A DNA stretch of 36,742 bases. Origin: an uncultured Deinococcales bacterium (GTDB taxonomy: Bacteria > Deinococcota > Deinococci > Deinococcales > JAAFIG01). Under the pieces are notes generated by a model that searched no databases, had not been told where the DNA came from, and was given only the letters and a program-made list of their open reading frames with translations. This document shows positions 10,594 to 19,602 of the stretch, in pieces. The translations under genes were made by a program, and so were the position numbers. The stretch covers positions 1 to 36,742 of the forward strand of contig CAXTTL010000010.1 of the NCBI GenBank assembly GCA_964247135.1, read 5' to 3'. How positions within the stretch are numbered: position 1 is the stretch's first letter; each line of letters begins with the position of its first letter.

Positions 10594-10621
10594 GATTGTG
10601 ACCACCGCAAATGACCTGTCA
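10592..10621 (+). pseudogene. ybjQ: Detached 5' end of ybjQ (MIVTTANDLS)
   Basis: Typical UPF0145 N-terminus, which is exactly what the ORF at 11571 lacks. Confidence 0.75.
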
Positions 10622-10727
10622 CTTGTTTTCTAAGAAATAAGTAGCTATAACTATCTTAAGGTATATGTTAGCAATTAGTATGATAAGAATTAGTGTTAGT
10701 TTATTTTAAGAAATTAACAAGATGGGA

Positions 10728-10798
10728 TTTATCCGATACTAAATTTAGTACCGAATAAACCTTATTTTAACTTTAGTACCAAATAAGTCTTATTTAAC
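10728..10798. repeat. AT-rich palindrome plus a two-copy ~28-bp tandem repeat
   Basis: TACTAAATTTAGTA at 10737-10750 with imperfect arms. TTTAGTACCGAATAAACCTTATTTTAAC / TTTAGTACCAAATAAGTCTTATTTAAC. Confidence 0.7.
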
Positions 10799-10829
10799 TG
10801 TGTAAAATTCAGATAATTTTATAGATAAG

Positions 10830-11432
10830 TCATACTATAGTTGAAATTTCTTTTTTATCAAGATAACGTCCATTGGATGAAATTTCGTAATTACCAGTCC
10901 TTAAATCGTTTAAAAATTCCTCCATAAGCATTGTAAAGTTATCAGATATAAAAAATAGGTCATGATAATCATCATTTACAAAAATAATTTGCCCATGAAT
11001 TCCATTTTCTGTTGGATCAAGATCTAGAAAATGAAGAAACATGTTAGATTCTGCCAATATTGGAATCCACCTAGGATTCCAAATTTCTTTCTTTATTTTT
11101 TCACTTGATGCGCTATCAGAATTTATTGCCATATCTTTTTTTAAATATCTTTCTTGATAACGAATTATATTTTCATTATGAAAATCAATAACTTCACTTA
11201 AAGACAAAAAATCGTTACCATCAAACAACCAATTTGTAGATCCATTGTGTAATAAATACGACTTTTTTACCTCATCTGTAAACTGAATATTTAATTCTCT
11301 TTCAACTTGCTCAATCTCCAACAGTGTTGCTGGTGGATTTAGATAAGTTAGAAATTGAGGAAAATTTTCCCCGAGCCATTCTTCAATTTCTTGCCAAACT
11401 TCTTGAATTTTATCGCGCTTCTTTATTGACAT
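10830..11432 (-). CDS. SMI1/KNR4 (SUKH) family protein, AT-rich
   Basis: WQEIEEWL, LNPPAT..EI..VERELNIQF, SYLLHNG, WNPRWIPI and LDLDPTENG..GQII. GGAG RBS before ATG 11432. Confidence 0.92.
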   Translation of the reverse strand: MSIKKRDKIQEVWQEIEEWLGENFPQFLTYLNPPATLLEIEQVERELNIQFTDEVKKSYLLHNGSTNWLFDGNDFLSLSEVIDFHNENIIRYQERYLKKDMAINSDSASSEKIKKEIWNPRWIPILAESNMFLHFLDLDPTENGIHGQIIFVNDDYHDLFFISDNFTMLMEEFLNDLRTGNYEISSNGRYLDKKEISTIV

Positions 11433-11570
11433 TTTCACTCCCAAATAAATTGATACAGGTTTAAAACATTAAAACCATAATACCATAATTTATTGCTGAC
11501 CAACATATTGGCGCTCAAAACTCAACCTCGGATCAGGAACATCAAAAGACCACCGAAGAACAGACCAACC

Positions 11571-11867
11571 ATGCCAGTCACCCGTCAACTTGGTGTGGTG
11601 CGCGGCATCACCGTGCGCTCGAGAAGCGTGCTGGGAAACATCGGCGCGGGTTTCCAAGCCATGTTTGGCGGAAACATCACATTGTTTACCTCGCTTGCCG
11701 AAAAAGCCCGCGAAGAGGCGTATGAATTGATGGTTGACCACGCCAAGGTTCGCGGCGCGAACGCGATCATTGCCATGCGTTACGACGCGAACGAGATCAT
11801 GGAGGGCATTACCGAAGTGCTGGCGTATGGCACGGCGGTGGTGATCGAACCCCTCGGCGTCTCATAG
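11571..11867 (+). pseudogene. ybjQ: YbjQ/UPF0145 family gene lacking its native N-terminus
   Basis: [37 protein letters not shown]. It may still be translated from ATG 11571, which the insert supplies. Confidence 0.85.
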
Positions 11868-11881
11868 TTTGAGATGTTATG

Positions 11882-11922
11882 AAATCTCGAGGATGCGCAC
11901 TGTCACATCCTCGAGATTTTTT
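11882..11922. terminator. Intrinsic terminator between convergent genes
   Basis: AAATCTCGAGGATG-N10-CATCCTCGAGATTT perfect 14-bp stem running into a T-tract. Both arms contain CTCGAG. Confidence 0.75.
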
Positions 11923-11931
11923 AGGTGGTGT

Positions 11932-12612
11932 TTAAATTTCGCAGTCGAGTTTGACGCGAATGCTGGGGTCGGGAACGCTGTAGGCAATCTTGTAATTGTC
12001 TTGCAGGTACTTTGCGGTAAAAGCATCGGGTCTGATGAACAGCAATAACTTCTTTGGTTCGCCCTGAATTTGTTTGATGTTCTCGAACGTCACCTCGGAC
12101 ACCACGCCAGCCCCAGGTGGAATCGGGGGGTCGGTCAGGTCGTTGACGTTGTAGGGGTCCAGGGTGTTGCCGTCATTAAATGCCAGTTTAAAACTTTCAT
12201 AGCCTGTGCCGCCCAAGGCAATTCCGTTGGCTTTGGTGGCGTTGCGGAGTTCCATCTTCAGCTTCCAACCCACGCGGTCATTGTCCTGGTAGGGCGCAAT
12301 CGAAATCACCCGAAAACGCCAGATGCCGTTGAAAAACCAGGTGTTTCGGCAACCCTCGAGCGCGGTCACCTCGGTTGCGCCGCCAGCACTGGTGGCGTTG
12401 GGCAAGGTCAGGCTTAACGTACCGCCTTTTAAACTCGAGCGAACCCCAGAGGCTTGCAAGGCTTTTAACGGCACATAGGTTTCGCCTTTGACCACAATCG
12501 CGTTGCTCGAGAAGGCTTTGTTGTTGATGACCAATTTGTACCCAGTCTGCGCGGCTTGTGCCAGGACGACAGAACCCAAAACGATTGCCAGAACCATCAG
12601 TTTGTGTTTCAT
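11932..12612 (-). CDS. Secreted hypothetical protein, 226 aa
   Basis: Signal peptide MKHKLMVLAIVLGSVVLA. KGETYVPLKAL resembles the copper-amine-oxidase N-terminal/stalk motif. AAGG RBS. Confidence 0.75.
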   Translation of the reverse strand: MKHKLMVLAIVLGSVVLAQAAQTGYKLVINNKAFSSNAIVVKGETYVPLKALQASGVRSSLKGGTLSLTLPNATSAGGATEVTALEGCRNTWFFNGIWRFRVISIAPYQDNDRVGWKLKMELRNATKANGIALGGTGYESFKLAFNDGNTLDPYNVNDLTDPPIPPGAGVVSEVTFENIKQIQGEPKKLLLFIRPDAFTAKYLQDNYKIAYSVPDPSIRVKLDCEI

Positions 12613-12661
12613 GTGTTTGCCTTTCTTGGAAATATTTAGGCGCATTGTAGCGGCTCGGGTT

Positions 12662-13138
12662 CTAAAAATGGTACTCGAGCGAAAAGGTGATCGAAAAAAG
12701 CGTGAACAATCGTGCAAACGCTTTGGAAAAAACCGTTACCAGATACACGGGGTCTGAGATTGGTGTGTCTGACCAGAGCGATGGCAAGTACATGGGTCGG
12801 AACTCGAGCGCCAAGACGGTGTTGGGTGCGACAGTCGAGGCAATTGCGATCAAGCCGCGAATCACAAGGTCCTGAAAATCTTTGAAGACCACAATGCCAA
12901 CTCCGAATCGAACCGCAATGTTTGAAGTACGATCAATGCTTGCATAAACGTCCGCACCCCACAGACCAAGGTAGGTCAAGTATGCTCGCACGCCAAAATC
13001 TTGTGCCTCATAACCAACCCGCACCTCGAGCACCGAGGGGCTGTCTAAACTTGCACCGACACTAAAACCTTGCGCCCATGCACCTTGAGCGAACATAAAC
13101 ACGAGCATGATGAGCCATGGCAGACCGAAACGCTTCAC
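12662..13138 (-). CDS. Small secreted protein, possibly an outer-membrane beta-barrel
   Basis: GAGGAGG RBS before GTG 13138. Signal peptide ending AWA, alternating beta strands and C-terminal LEYHF. Confidence 0.65.
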   Translation of the reverse strand: MKRFGLPWLIMLVFMFAQGAWAQGFSVGASLDSPSVLEVRVGYEAQDFGVRAYLTYLGLWGADVYASIDRTSNIAVRFGVGIVVFKDFQDLVIRGLIAIASTVAPNTVLALEFRPMYLPSLWSDTPISDPVYLVTVFSKAFARLFTLFSITFSLEYHF

Positions 13139-13205
13139 GTGTGCCTCCTCGAGATTGCGGGTTTTAAACTTTTCGCTCGAGTTGTTGCACCTCGAGCGGT
13201 GTTGT

Positions 13206-13628
13206 TCAGGGTATTGGTGGATCGACTTGCACGGTAAATTCAAAGGGAAAACTGGTACGACCTGTCGAATCTTGAGCCTTTACCTGAACTTTTGCGCTTC
13301 CAGTCAATGGGATGCCATCTTGACCAGGTGTCATGATCCAGGTCAATGAAAATGGAGCCTTGTTCACTTCCCCGATTTTAAGATCACCATTGAAAAACGT
13401 GACACTCTGGACGTTGGTATACGGCGATGGCGGTCTACAACCTGTTGAATAACTAGAGGGTACGGTCATTTCTACGGCAGTGGGTTGATGAATAACAAAG
13501 GAATTCCTTGTGTCAATTGGGATTTTCTGACTGTACACGCTGACCCCGAAATATTGCTCGCCATTGCACTCGCAAGAAGTCACCCCAAACAGAATGCCAA
13601 GCACTGGCAAGATGAAAAACTTTCGCAT
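13206..13628 (-). CDS. Lipoprotein with an Ig-like domain
   Basis: GGAGG RBS, lipobox VTSC, and VQSVTFFNGDLKIGEVNKAPFSLTW..VKAQDSTG pattern. Confidence 0.75.
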   Translation of the reverse strand: MRKFFILPVLGILFGVTSCECNGEQYFGVSVYSQKIPIDTRNSFVIHQPTAVEMTVPSSYSTGCRPPSPYTNVQSVTFFNGDLKIGEVNKAPFSLTWIMTPGQDGIPLTGSAKVQVKAQDSTGRTSFPFEFTVQVDPPIP

Positions 13629-13667
13629 GGTTTTACCTCCTCGAGATGGCTCGAGTAAAACTTGGGT

Positions 13668-14005
13668 TTATGGCGTGTATGCAATGGTGGCGCTCACTTG
13701 CACGTCAAAGATCAAGCCGTCTTTTTGGGTAAACGTACCGCTTCCCATAATGTTGACGTTGCCGCCCGAAATGGTGGTGCGAACTGAAGTTCAATCACCC
13801 GATTGCCCTGACTGCCAGAGAACTGGAGCAGCAAGGTGGTTCGGCTTGTCAGTGTTGCCGCCGAGAACGGCTCGAGTGTGATGGCGGTCGTGCCGCTGGC
13901 GTTGCTGAACGTGGCGTTGATCTGACCTGTAGTGCCACCTGGGCAGGAGGTCAAACTGAGCGCGAGTAGCAAACTCGAGATGACGAACACGATTTTTGCT
14001 TTCAT
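13668..14005 (-). pseudogene. Frameshifted lipoprotein gene
   Basis: Lipobox LTSC. Near 13785 a second frame gives SVRTTISGGNVNIMGSGTFTQKDGLIFDVQVSATIAYTP* (stop 13668-13670), which looks like the true C-terminus. Confidence 0.6.
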
Positions 14006-14205
14006 GATTCTTTCTCCTTTGCAACCTCGGGTTGCGTTTCAAGCTCGAGCTTGACGGGTTGAAATTGTGTTCTCAGGTATTCCATGACCGCCATCAGGTC
14101 TGGAAAGTGTTGGGTTTGGTTGTTCGGTTCGCTTTTTAAGGTGGCGTGAATGTCACCTCTGACATCACGCCAGACTTTCAGCACGTAGACGCGTCGCTCG
14201 AGCAC
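14002..14205 (-). CDS. 67-aa small protein downstream of the BTAD regulator
   Basis: VYVLKVWRD..HATLKS....HFPDLMAVMEYL. GAGG upstream. Stop overlaps the next start (ATGA). Confidence 0.7.
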   Translation of the reverse strand: MLERRVYVLKVWRDVRGDIHATLKSEPNNQTQHFPDLMAVMEYLRTQFQPVKLELETQPEVAKEKES

Positions 14206-14240
14206 CCTTGCACCTCTGGGATAGAGTTTGCACCTTGGGG

Positions 14241-14257
14241 CGTCGCACTGCCGTCAC
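14241..14257 (-). promoter_or_regulatory. Direct repeat with 11-bp period, candidate SARP-type activator site
   Basis: Minus strand GTGACG-gcagt-GCGACG, then a -10-like CAAACT 10 nt downstream, ahead of the 14205 operon. Confidence 0.5.
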
Positions 14258-14285
14258 AAAAAATTGTTTGTCTCAGACGGCTAAA

Positions 14286-17200
14286 TCACAGCATTGTGAG
14301 CAAATCTGACCAGCGTCCAGCCACCGCAGCGCGAATCTCGCGGTTGAACCTGAACGCCTCGAGGTACTGTGTTCGGTGTGCTTCGGGCAGTGCGGCGGCA
14401 GAACGCTCGAGAATCGCATTTGCCCGTTCCGGTGAAACTCGAGCCTCTGGTTCATGCCCCAGCAAACGTTGAAGTTGGGCGTTGATCCACGGCACGGGTT
14501 CGGTCGGCAACTCGAGCCGCGCCTCCTCGGGCAGTGCCGCCAGCGCCCGATTGGACAACCCGAGCGCCTCCTCGAGCCGTCCCTGCCGCGCCACGACGAA
14601 CGCCAGCACGGTCTGCCCCAACACCCAATCGGGGTCGCTGTATTGACGGGTGATCTCGAGTTCATTGCGGGCGTGTCGTTCGGCGGCGGCAAAATCTTGG
14701 GTCAGGCTGCACGCCAGCGCCAAACCGTGCAGGATCGAGGATTGAAACTGGAACGCTTCCGCCCCTGGGGTCAGCGCTGCGCCGCATTGCTCGAAATAGG
14801 CATGGGCGGCTGAGCCGTTGCCCGCGTAAGCCTGAGCCAAACCCGAGATCAAATCGGTGCTCGGTCTGTCGAGCGCCAAATCGTGACGTGCGGCGTAACG
14901 CTCGAGTTCTGGCACGAGTTCCATCGCCGCCTCAAACGCGCCGATACGGGTATAGACCAGTCGAAGGTTGCCGCTCGCGCTAAAATAACAGGCTGGCAGT
15001 TGGTAGCGCTCCGCCTCGGAACGAACGTGCCGAAAGGCTTCTATGGCTTCGGCAAATTGTTGGAGGCGCAACAGCGCCAGGGCGCGGTTGTTGGCAAAAT
15101 TGAGCGCATCGGTGGTCGCGCCCAACTCGAGCGCCAGCCTTTCACCCTGAACGGTCTGCGCAAACGCATCCTCGAGTTTTCCCAGGTGATAGGCGTAGCG
15201 TACCCGAGCACGCAAGTAACGCAGCCGACGGGCGAGGTTGTCGGCAATCAAGGCGTCGGCTCGGGTGAACCAGGCGTCCGCCCGTTTTGCATCCCAGTGC
15301 TCGAAGCCGAGTTCTGCCAGCAGGATTGCCGCCTGAAACGCCTCTTCGGGGCTGTCGGGTTGATTAAAAACCGTTTCGGCAGTGCGCACCGCATCCTCGA
15401 GTGAACCGAGTTTCTCGAGGGTGTACACCAGCCGCAACTTGGCTTTTTGCGCCTCGCAGGCACGGTAATGCTGCGCGGCTTCCTGATATTGCGCCAGCGA
15501 TTCCGCCAAGCGCCCCTGACGAAATCGCAGTTCGTCGCGCAAGGCGGCGTCCTCGAAACGGAGTGCCGCCAGTCGTGTCAACTCGAGCGTCTGGGTTTCG
15601 CGCATTCCTTGGTGATACAGCGCCTCTTCGATGCCCAAGCGCAATTTCACCTCGAGCCTGATGTCTGACTCGAGTCGTGAGAGGCGATCAAAGGCTTCGC
15701 GCAAAAAAGTTTCGGCTTCTTGAAAGGCAAATTGCTCGAGCGCCTCAAACCCTGCCCGTTCCGCCCAGTACAGGGCGCGGCTGACATCCTCGGCGGCTCG
15801 GGCGTGACGCAGGCGTTCAGCCGCCTGACCGCGCTCAAACGGGACTGCCTCGAGCGCCTCGAGCACCCGCGCGTGCAGCAACACCCGCGTCGCCCCAGGA
15901 ATGCCCTCGAGCACCGCCTCGAGCATCAAATCGTGACCGAAACGCCCAGCCCCCATGATCTGGTCGCGCTCGAGTTGTTCGTTGGCTTCGATCAACGCCA
16001 GCGCGTCGGTGTTCAACACCCGAGCCGCCAACAGCAAGGTGAACGATGACCCCGCCACCGCCGCGACCCGCGCCAAATCTCGGGCGGCTTGACCCAGCCG
16101 CTCGAGCCTGGCTCGCAGCAACGCGCCGACCGCCGCCGAACGTGACAATTCCGATTCGACCCCGCCAGATTCGCCCCACTCGCGCAACCTCTCGAGCACA
16201 AACAGTGGATTGCCGCCCGTGATGCGGTGCACCTGTTCTGCCTGCAAACTAGCGGCTGGGTCTTGCGCTAGCAACTGCCGCACCGCGTCCAACTCGAGCG
16301 GTTCGAGTTGAATCAAAACCGCCAGCTTCGAGCGCACCAGTTCATCGAACCTACTTTGAACCTCAGGCTGCAATTCGCCGCGCCGAAACGTCCATATGGA
16401 GCGAATGCCAGCCTGAACCTGAGCCGCTCGAGTTGCCAGGTACACGCCCAATTCAAAACTGGCGGCATCAAAAAACTGGGCGTTGTCCAGCATCAGACCG
16501 ACTGATCCTTGAATGCTTTTCAGCAAGACCTGCGTCACCGCCTCAAACAATCGCAGCTTGCCCTCGAGCGGAATATGTTCCGTGCTTGAGTTTTCTGTCG
16601 GTGAATACTCCGGCATCAAGCGCCCCAACTCGGCGCGAACCCAGGGCGGCAGCGTTTCCAAAGGCACTCGAGGCAGCGCATTTCGCAGGTGTTGGATGAA
16701 CATGGCATAGGGCGCGGCGGCAGCATTTGGACGGCATTCGATCAAACCAAAATGTCCTTTAAAAGCCGCAAACTCGAGCGCCAAACGCGTCTTGCCGACG
16801 CCAGGCTCGCCCACAATAAACACGAATTTGTTGGCATTCCACGCCGCCTCGAGTTGCGCCCATTCACGTCTGCGCCCGACCAACGGATTCGAGCTTGCTT
16901 CCACACTCGAGCTTGGCGGCTTGGCGGCGTTCACCGTCCGAGCCAGTCGCAACTCGGCAGCCAACGCCAGCGTTTCTGGGGCGGGTTCAATCCCCAAATT
17001 CTCGCGCAAGGTTGTACCAAAGCGCTCAAAACGCTCGAGCGCCATTGAGGACTCACCCGCCTGCGCCAAAGCCCGCATCGCACCGCGCACGGCTTCCTCG
17101 CGCCAGGGGTCAAGCTCGAGCAAACTTTCAAAAGCCTCACACGCCCTTGCCCAATCCTGCAAGCCCAGCAAACTCGAGGCGTGAGCCGCCAGCGTTTGGG

Positions 17201-17663
17201 CGTAACGTTCCTGCCAGCGCTCTCGAGCCAGCAGCAACCACTCCTCGAAATTGGGCGCGTCGGAGACCATAAAACCCTCGAGCAACACACCGCGCCTGAG
17301 CGCAATGGCTTGCGCCCATTCGCCGTGCGCCAGCAGGCGCTCGAATCGCCCGAGGTCAGTCTCCAGCCCAGCCGCCAAACGCAAACGCCCCGCCGATTCC
17401 TCGAGCACCCCAGCGAAGGCGGTGTCGCGCAGACGGTACAACTCGCTGCGCAAATTCGCTCGGGCGCGATCATCGCTGGCTTCCCAGAGCAACGCCGCCA
17501 GTTCCGCCCGCGAAGCCGTCCCCTCGAGTGCCAAATATGCCGTCAACGCCAGCAATTTACGGGTTGGCAATGGCACACTTTTACCCGCCAGGCGCAACTC
17601 GGGACTCCCGAACAACCAAAGTTCTGGGACAGCCAATCGTCGTCCACGGCTTGGGCGAGGCAC
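14286..17663 (-). CDS. SARP-like regulator: wHTH + BTAD + AAA/STAND ATPase + TPR, 1125 aa
   Basis: LWLFGSPEL..ALTAYLAL..RAELAALLW..NLRSELYRLR. BTAD FEEWL..DPWREEA..LGIEPAPET. LVGR..GEPGVGKTRL, TGGNPLF and a helical C-terminus. Confidence 0.92.
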   Translation of the reverse strand: MPRPSRGRRLAVPELWLFGSPELRLAGKSVPLPTRKLLALTAYLALEGTASRAELAALLWEASDDRARANLRSELYRLRDTAFAGVLEESAGRLRLAAGLETDLGRFERLLAHGEWAQAIALRRGVLLEGFMVSDAPNFEEWLLLARERWQERYAQTLAAHASSLLGLQDWARACEAFESLLELDPWREEAVRGAMRALAQAGESSMALERFERFGTTLRENLGIEPAPETLALAAELRLARTVNAAKPPSSSVEASSNPLVGRRREWAQLEAAWNANKFVFIVGEPGVGKTRLALEFAAFKGHFGLIECRPNAAAAPYAMFIQHLRNALPRVPLETLPPWVRAELGRLMPEYSPTENSSTEHIPLEGKLRLFEAVTQVLLKSIQGSVGLMLDNAQFFDAASFELGVYLATRAAQVQAGIRSIWTFRRGELQPEVQSRFDELVRSKLAVLIQLEPLELDAVRQLLAQDPAASLQAEQVHRITGGNPLFVLERLREWGESGGVESELSRSAAVGALLRARLERLGQAARDLARVAAVAGSSFTLLLAARVLNTDALALIEANEQLERDQIMGAGRFGHDLMLEAVLEGIPGATRVLLHARVLEALEAVPFERGQAAERLRHARAAEDVSRALYWAERAGFEALEQFAFQEAETFLREAFDRLSRLESDIRLEVKLRLGIEEALYHQGMRETQTLELTRLAALRFEDAALRDELRFRQGRLAESLAQYQEAAQHYRACEAQKAKLRLVYTLEKLGSLEDAVRTAETVFNQPDSPEEAFQAAILLAELGFEHWDAKRADAWFTRADALIADNLARRLRYLRARVRYAYHLGKLEDAFAQTVQGERLALELGATTDALNFANNRALALLRLQQFAEAIEAFRHVRSEAERYQLPACYFSASGNLRLVYTRIGAFEAAMELVPELERYAARHDLALDRPSTDLISGLAQAYAGNGSAAHAYFEQCGAALTPGAEAFQFQSSILHGLALACSLTQDFAAAERHARNELEITRQYSDPDWVLGQTVLAFVVARQGRLEEALGLSNRALAALPEEARLELPTEPVPWINAQLQRLLGHEPEARVSPERANAILERSAAALPEAHRTQYLEAFRFNREIRAAVAGRWSDLLTML

Positions 17664-17697
17664 ACTTTAGCCTACAACATCAATCTCGAGCCTGGTT

Positions 17698-18030
17698 TTG
17701 AGTTCGAGAAATCCACATTCGACAGCGACACATTGCGTGGCTCGAACTTTGGCGATGGAACCGGTGGTGATGCCCACTTCCCAGCCCACTCAGCCCTATG
17801 TAGGCTCGAGCGCAACATTTTTCGTCTGGAGCGCAACAAAAACCCTGATTGCGCGATGGTTGGCACTTAAACCCAGGGTCTCGCTGCTCGACGAACCCAC
17901 CCGAGGCGTGGACATCGAAGCCCAATTCGAGATTTGTCGTATTCTTGCCGAAACGGGCATCGGCATTGTGCTGATCTCATCTGAACTTGCCGAACTCGAG
18001 CACCTGTATGATCGTGATGTGAAAGGGTGA
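17698..18030 (+). pseudogene. Remnant of a sugar ABC ATPase (RbsA/MglA-like second domain)
   Basis: [32 protein letters not shown] degenerate signature FSSGAQQK lies just upstream in another frame. The 5' boundary is uncertain. Confidence 0.8.
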
Positions 18031-18140
18031 AATCGCGGGCGAACTTGACCCCAGCAAAGGCGAAGCCATCACCCAAGTACAAATCATGTCGCTGGCGACG
18101 GGCGTGCGTTCAACCACCGATTTGGCTTGAGGCTCGAGCT

Positions 18141-18596
18141 TTACTTTTTTTGCGCGACCAGAAAGTAAACGCCGTCGGGACGTTTCACCACGAACAGCAA
18201 CAAGGTTTTGCCGTTGTCGTCATTCTTGAATTCGCTTCGGATGCGGGTTTCAGTACCAACCACAACACTCGAGTTTGAAACCTCAAAATAATTCGAGATG
18301 GCAAAACTGGTTTTGAGTTGGTTGACGTAATCCTCAGCCAATTGTTTGGCAAGCCCTTTGGCAACATACAATTGAAAATTCGTGTATTTCGCCGCGTCGG
18401 GCAGCAATGCCGCGAATTGCACGGCGTACTTTGGGTTCGAGACAAAACTCGAGCCTTGAGGAAGGTTAATGCTCGGGTCGAGGGCGCTCGAGATGGTGGC
18501 GACCACGACCATTTCGGCTGCCGTTTGCGCGTTCGCAACAGAATTGAAGAACAAAACCAGCAACAAGAAACTCGAGATTTTCAAAAGCGTTTTCAT
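18141..18596 (-). CDS. Secreted hypothetical protein, 151 aa
   Basis: Signal peptide ending ANA-Q. CATACT-N6-ATG at 18596. Confidence 0.75.
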   Translation of the reverse strand: MKTLLKISSFLLLVLFFNSVANAQTAAEMVVVATISSALDPSINLPQGSSFVSNPKYAVQFAALLPDAAKYTNFQLYVAKGLAKQLAEDYVNQLKTSFAISNYFEVSNSSVVVGTETRIRSEFKNDDNGKTLLLFVVKRPDGVYFLVAQKK

Positions 18597-18632
18597 GGGT
18601 TTAGTATGCGCCCAAAACCTCAAGCTTGATGG

Positions 18633-19118
18633 TCATTTTGCCAGTTGCATCGCCACCATTTTGGCTTGCCCCCAATGGTACGCCACGTGCCGTATCTGCC
18701 CGACGATCATGCCCATGACCTCGCGTTCGCCCGTTGGCGTCGGGACTTTTTGCTCGAGCTGGCTTGGGCTGGCGTCACGGAGGTCTTTCACGCCGCGCTC
18801 GAATTCTGCACTCACAAACTCGAGAATCTTGGCTTTGGAATCGGTCAGGCTGACAGGACTCTCGCCAAAAACAGCCAATTGCCAGGGTTTGTCCTCCCAG
18901 CCCAAATAGGCAAACCGTTCCGTGGTTTTGACCCCCTCGAGTCTGGGTGAAATCAAAATCCGATTCCAGTCGGCGGTGTGCAGAGCGTGCCAGGCGACGC
19001 TGTGACCGCCTGCGGGCGGGTCGCTGAAAAAATGTTCTTCTGGGGTTTCGGTTAAAGCCTTCAAAAAAGATTTGGCATGATTCTCGAGTTGATTTGCGGC
19101 AAACGTTTGTGCGTCCAT
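18633..19118 (-). CDS. DinB-family protein
   Basis: SVAWHALH and RHVAYHWGQ His motifs. TAAACT-N6-ATG. Confidence 0.88.
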   Translation of the reverse strand: MDAQTFAANQLENHAKSFLKALTETPEEHFFSDPPAGGHSVAWHALHTADWNRILISPRLEGVKTTERFAYLGWEDKPWQLAVFGESPVSLTDSKAKILEFVSAEFERGVKDLRDASPSQLEQKVPTPTGEREVMGMIVGQIRHVAYHWGQAKMVAMQLAK

Positions 19119-19173
19119 GCACCAAGTTTACACTCTTGCGGTAGACTGCGGCTTCAGACTTTGGAGGTTTACC

Positions 19174-19602
19174 ATGAAGAAAACGGGCATTTTAAACCGT
19201 GAGCTTTCCGATGTGATCGCCAGCCTTGGGCATCTGGATTTGATCGTGATTTCCGACGCGGGATTGCCCGTCGCGCCGTTTGTTCGCCGCGTCGAACTGG
19301 CACTCGCGCCAGATTTACCCACCGTGACACAGATTCTCGAGATTTTACTGCAAGAGGGACTTTTTGAGAAGATCAGTTTCGCCGAAGAGCAACTGACCGC
19401 CAGTCCCAAATTTCACGAGCGCTTAAAAGCTTTGGTCGGCACCATTCCGCTCGAGGCGCTACCGCATTACGACGGCTTTAAACCGCTCGCCGAACGCGCC
19501 AAAGTTCATATTCGCACGGGTGATTTCACGCCCTACGCCAACCTTGTCTTGACCGCCGGTTGGATTGGGCGCAGCATTCACGCGGGTGAGGGTGACGCGT
19601 GA
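19174..19602 (+). CDS. rbsD: D-ribose pyranase
   Basis: MKKTGILN..LGHLD..DAGLP..RTGDFTPYAN. GGAGG RBS. Confidence 0.95.
   Translation: MKKTGILNRELSDVIASLGHLDLIVISDAGLPVAPFVRRVELALAPDLPTVTQILEILLQEGLFEKISFAEEQLTASPKFHERLKALVGTIPLEALPHYDGFKPLAERAKVHIRTGDFTPYANLVLTAGWIGRSIHAGEGDA

Noticed and set aside
10400-10633. 77-aa ORF as a real gene
   Set aside because: No RBS or motif. Only its last residues are meaningful, as the ybjQ 5' fragment.
10645-10663. CTATAACTATCTTAAGGTA resembles the 23S rRNA I-CeuI site
   Set aside because: Four mismatches in 19 nt, AT-rich context and no flanking rRNA similarity.
10747-10798. dif/Xer-like sites in the tandem repeat
   Set aside because: The arms only loosely resemble XerC/XerD boxes, and the spacer is 3 bp rather than 6.
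10622-11576. Self-splicing intron in ybjQ
   Set aside because: No group II GTGCG start or recognisable group I core, codons are missing at the junction, and the cargo is antisense.
14454-17870. Long opposite-strand and alternate-frame ORFs over the BTAD gene (likewise over uvrA, phnE and the DUF4157 genes)
   Set aside because: Shadow ORFs of GC-rich coding sequence with no recognisable motifs.
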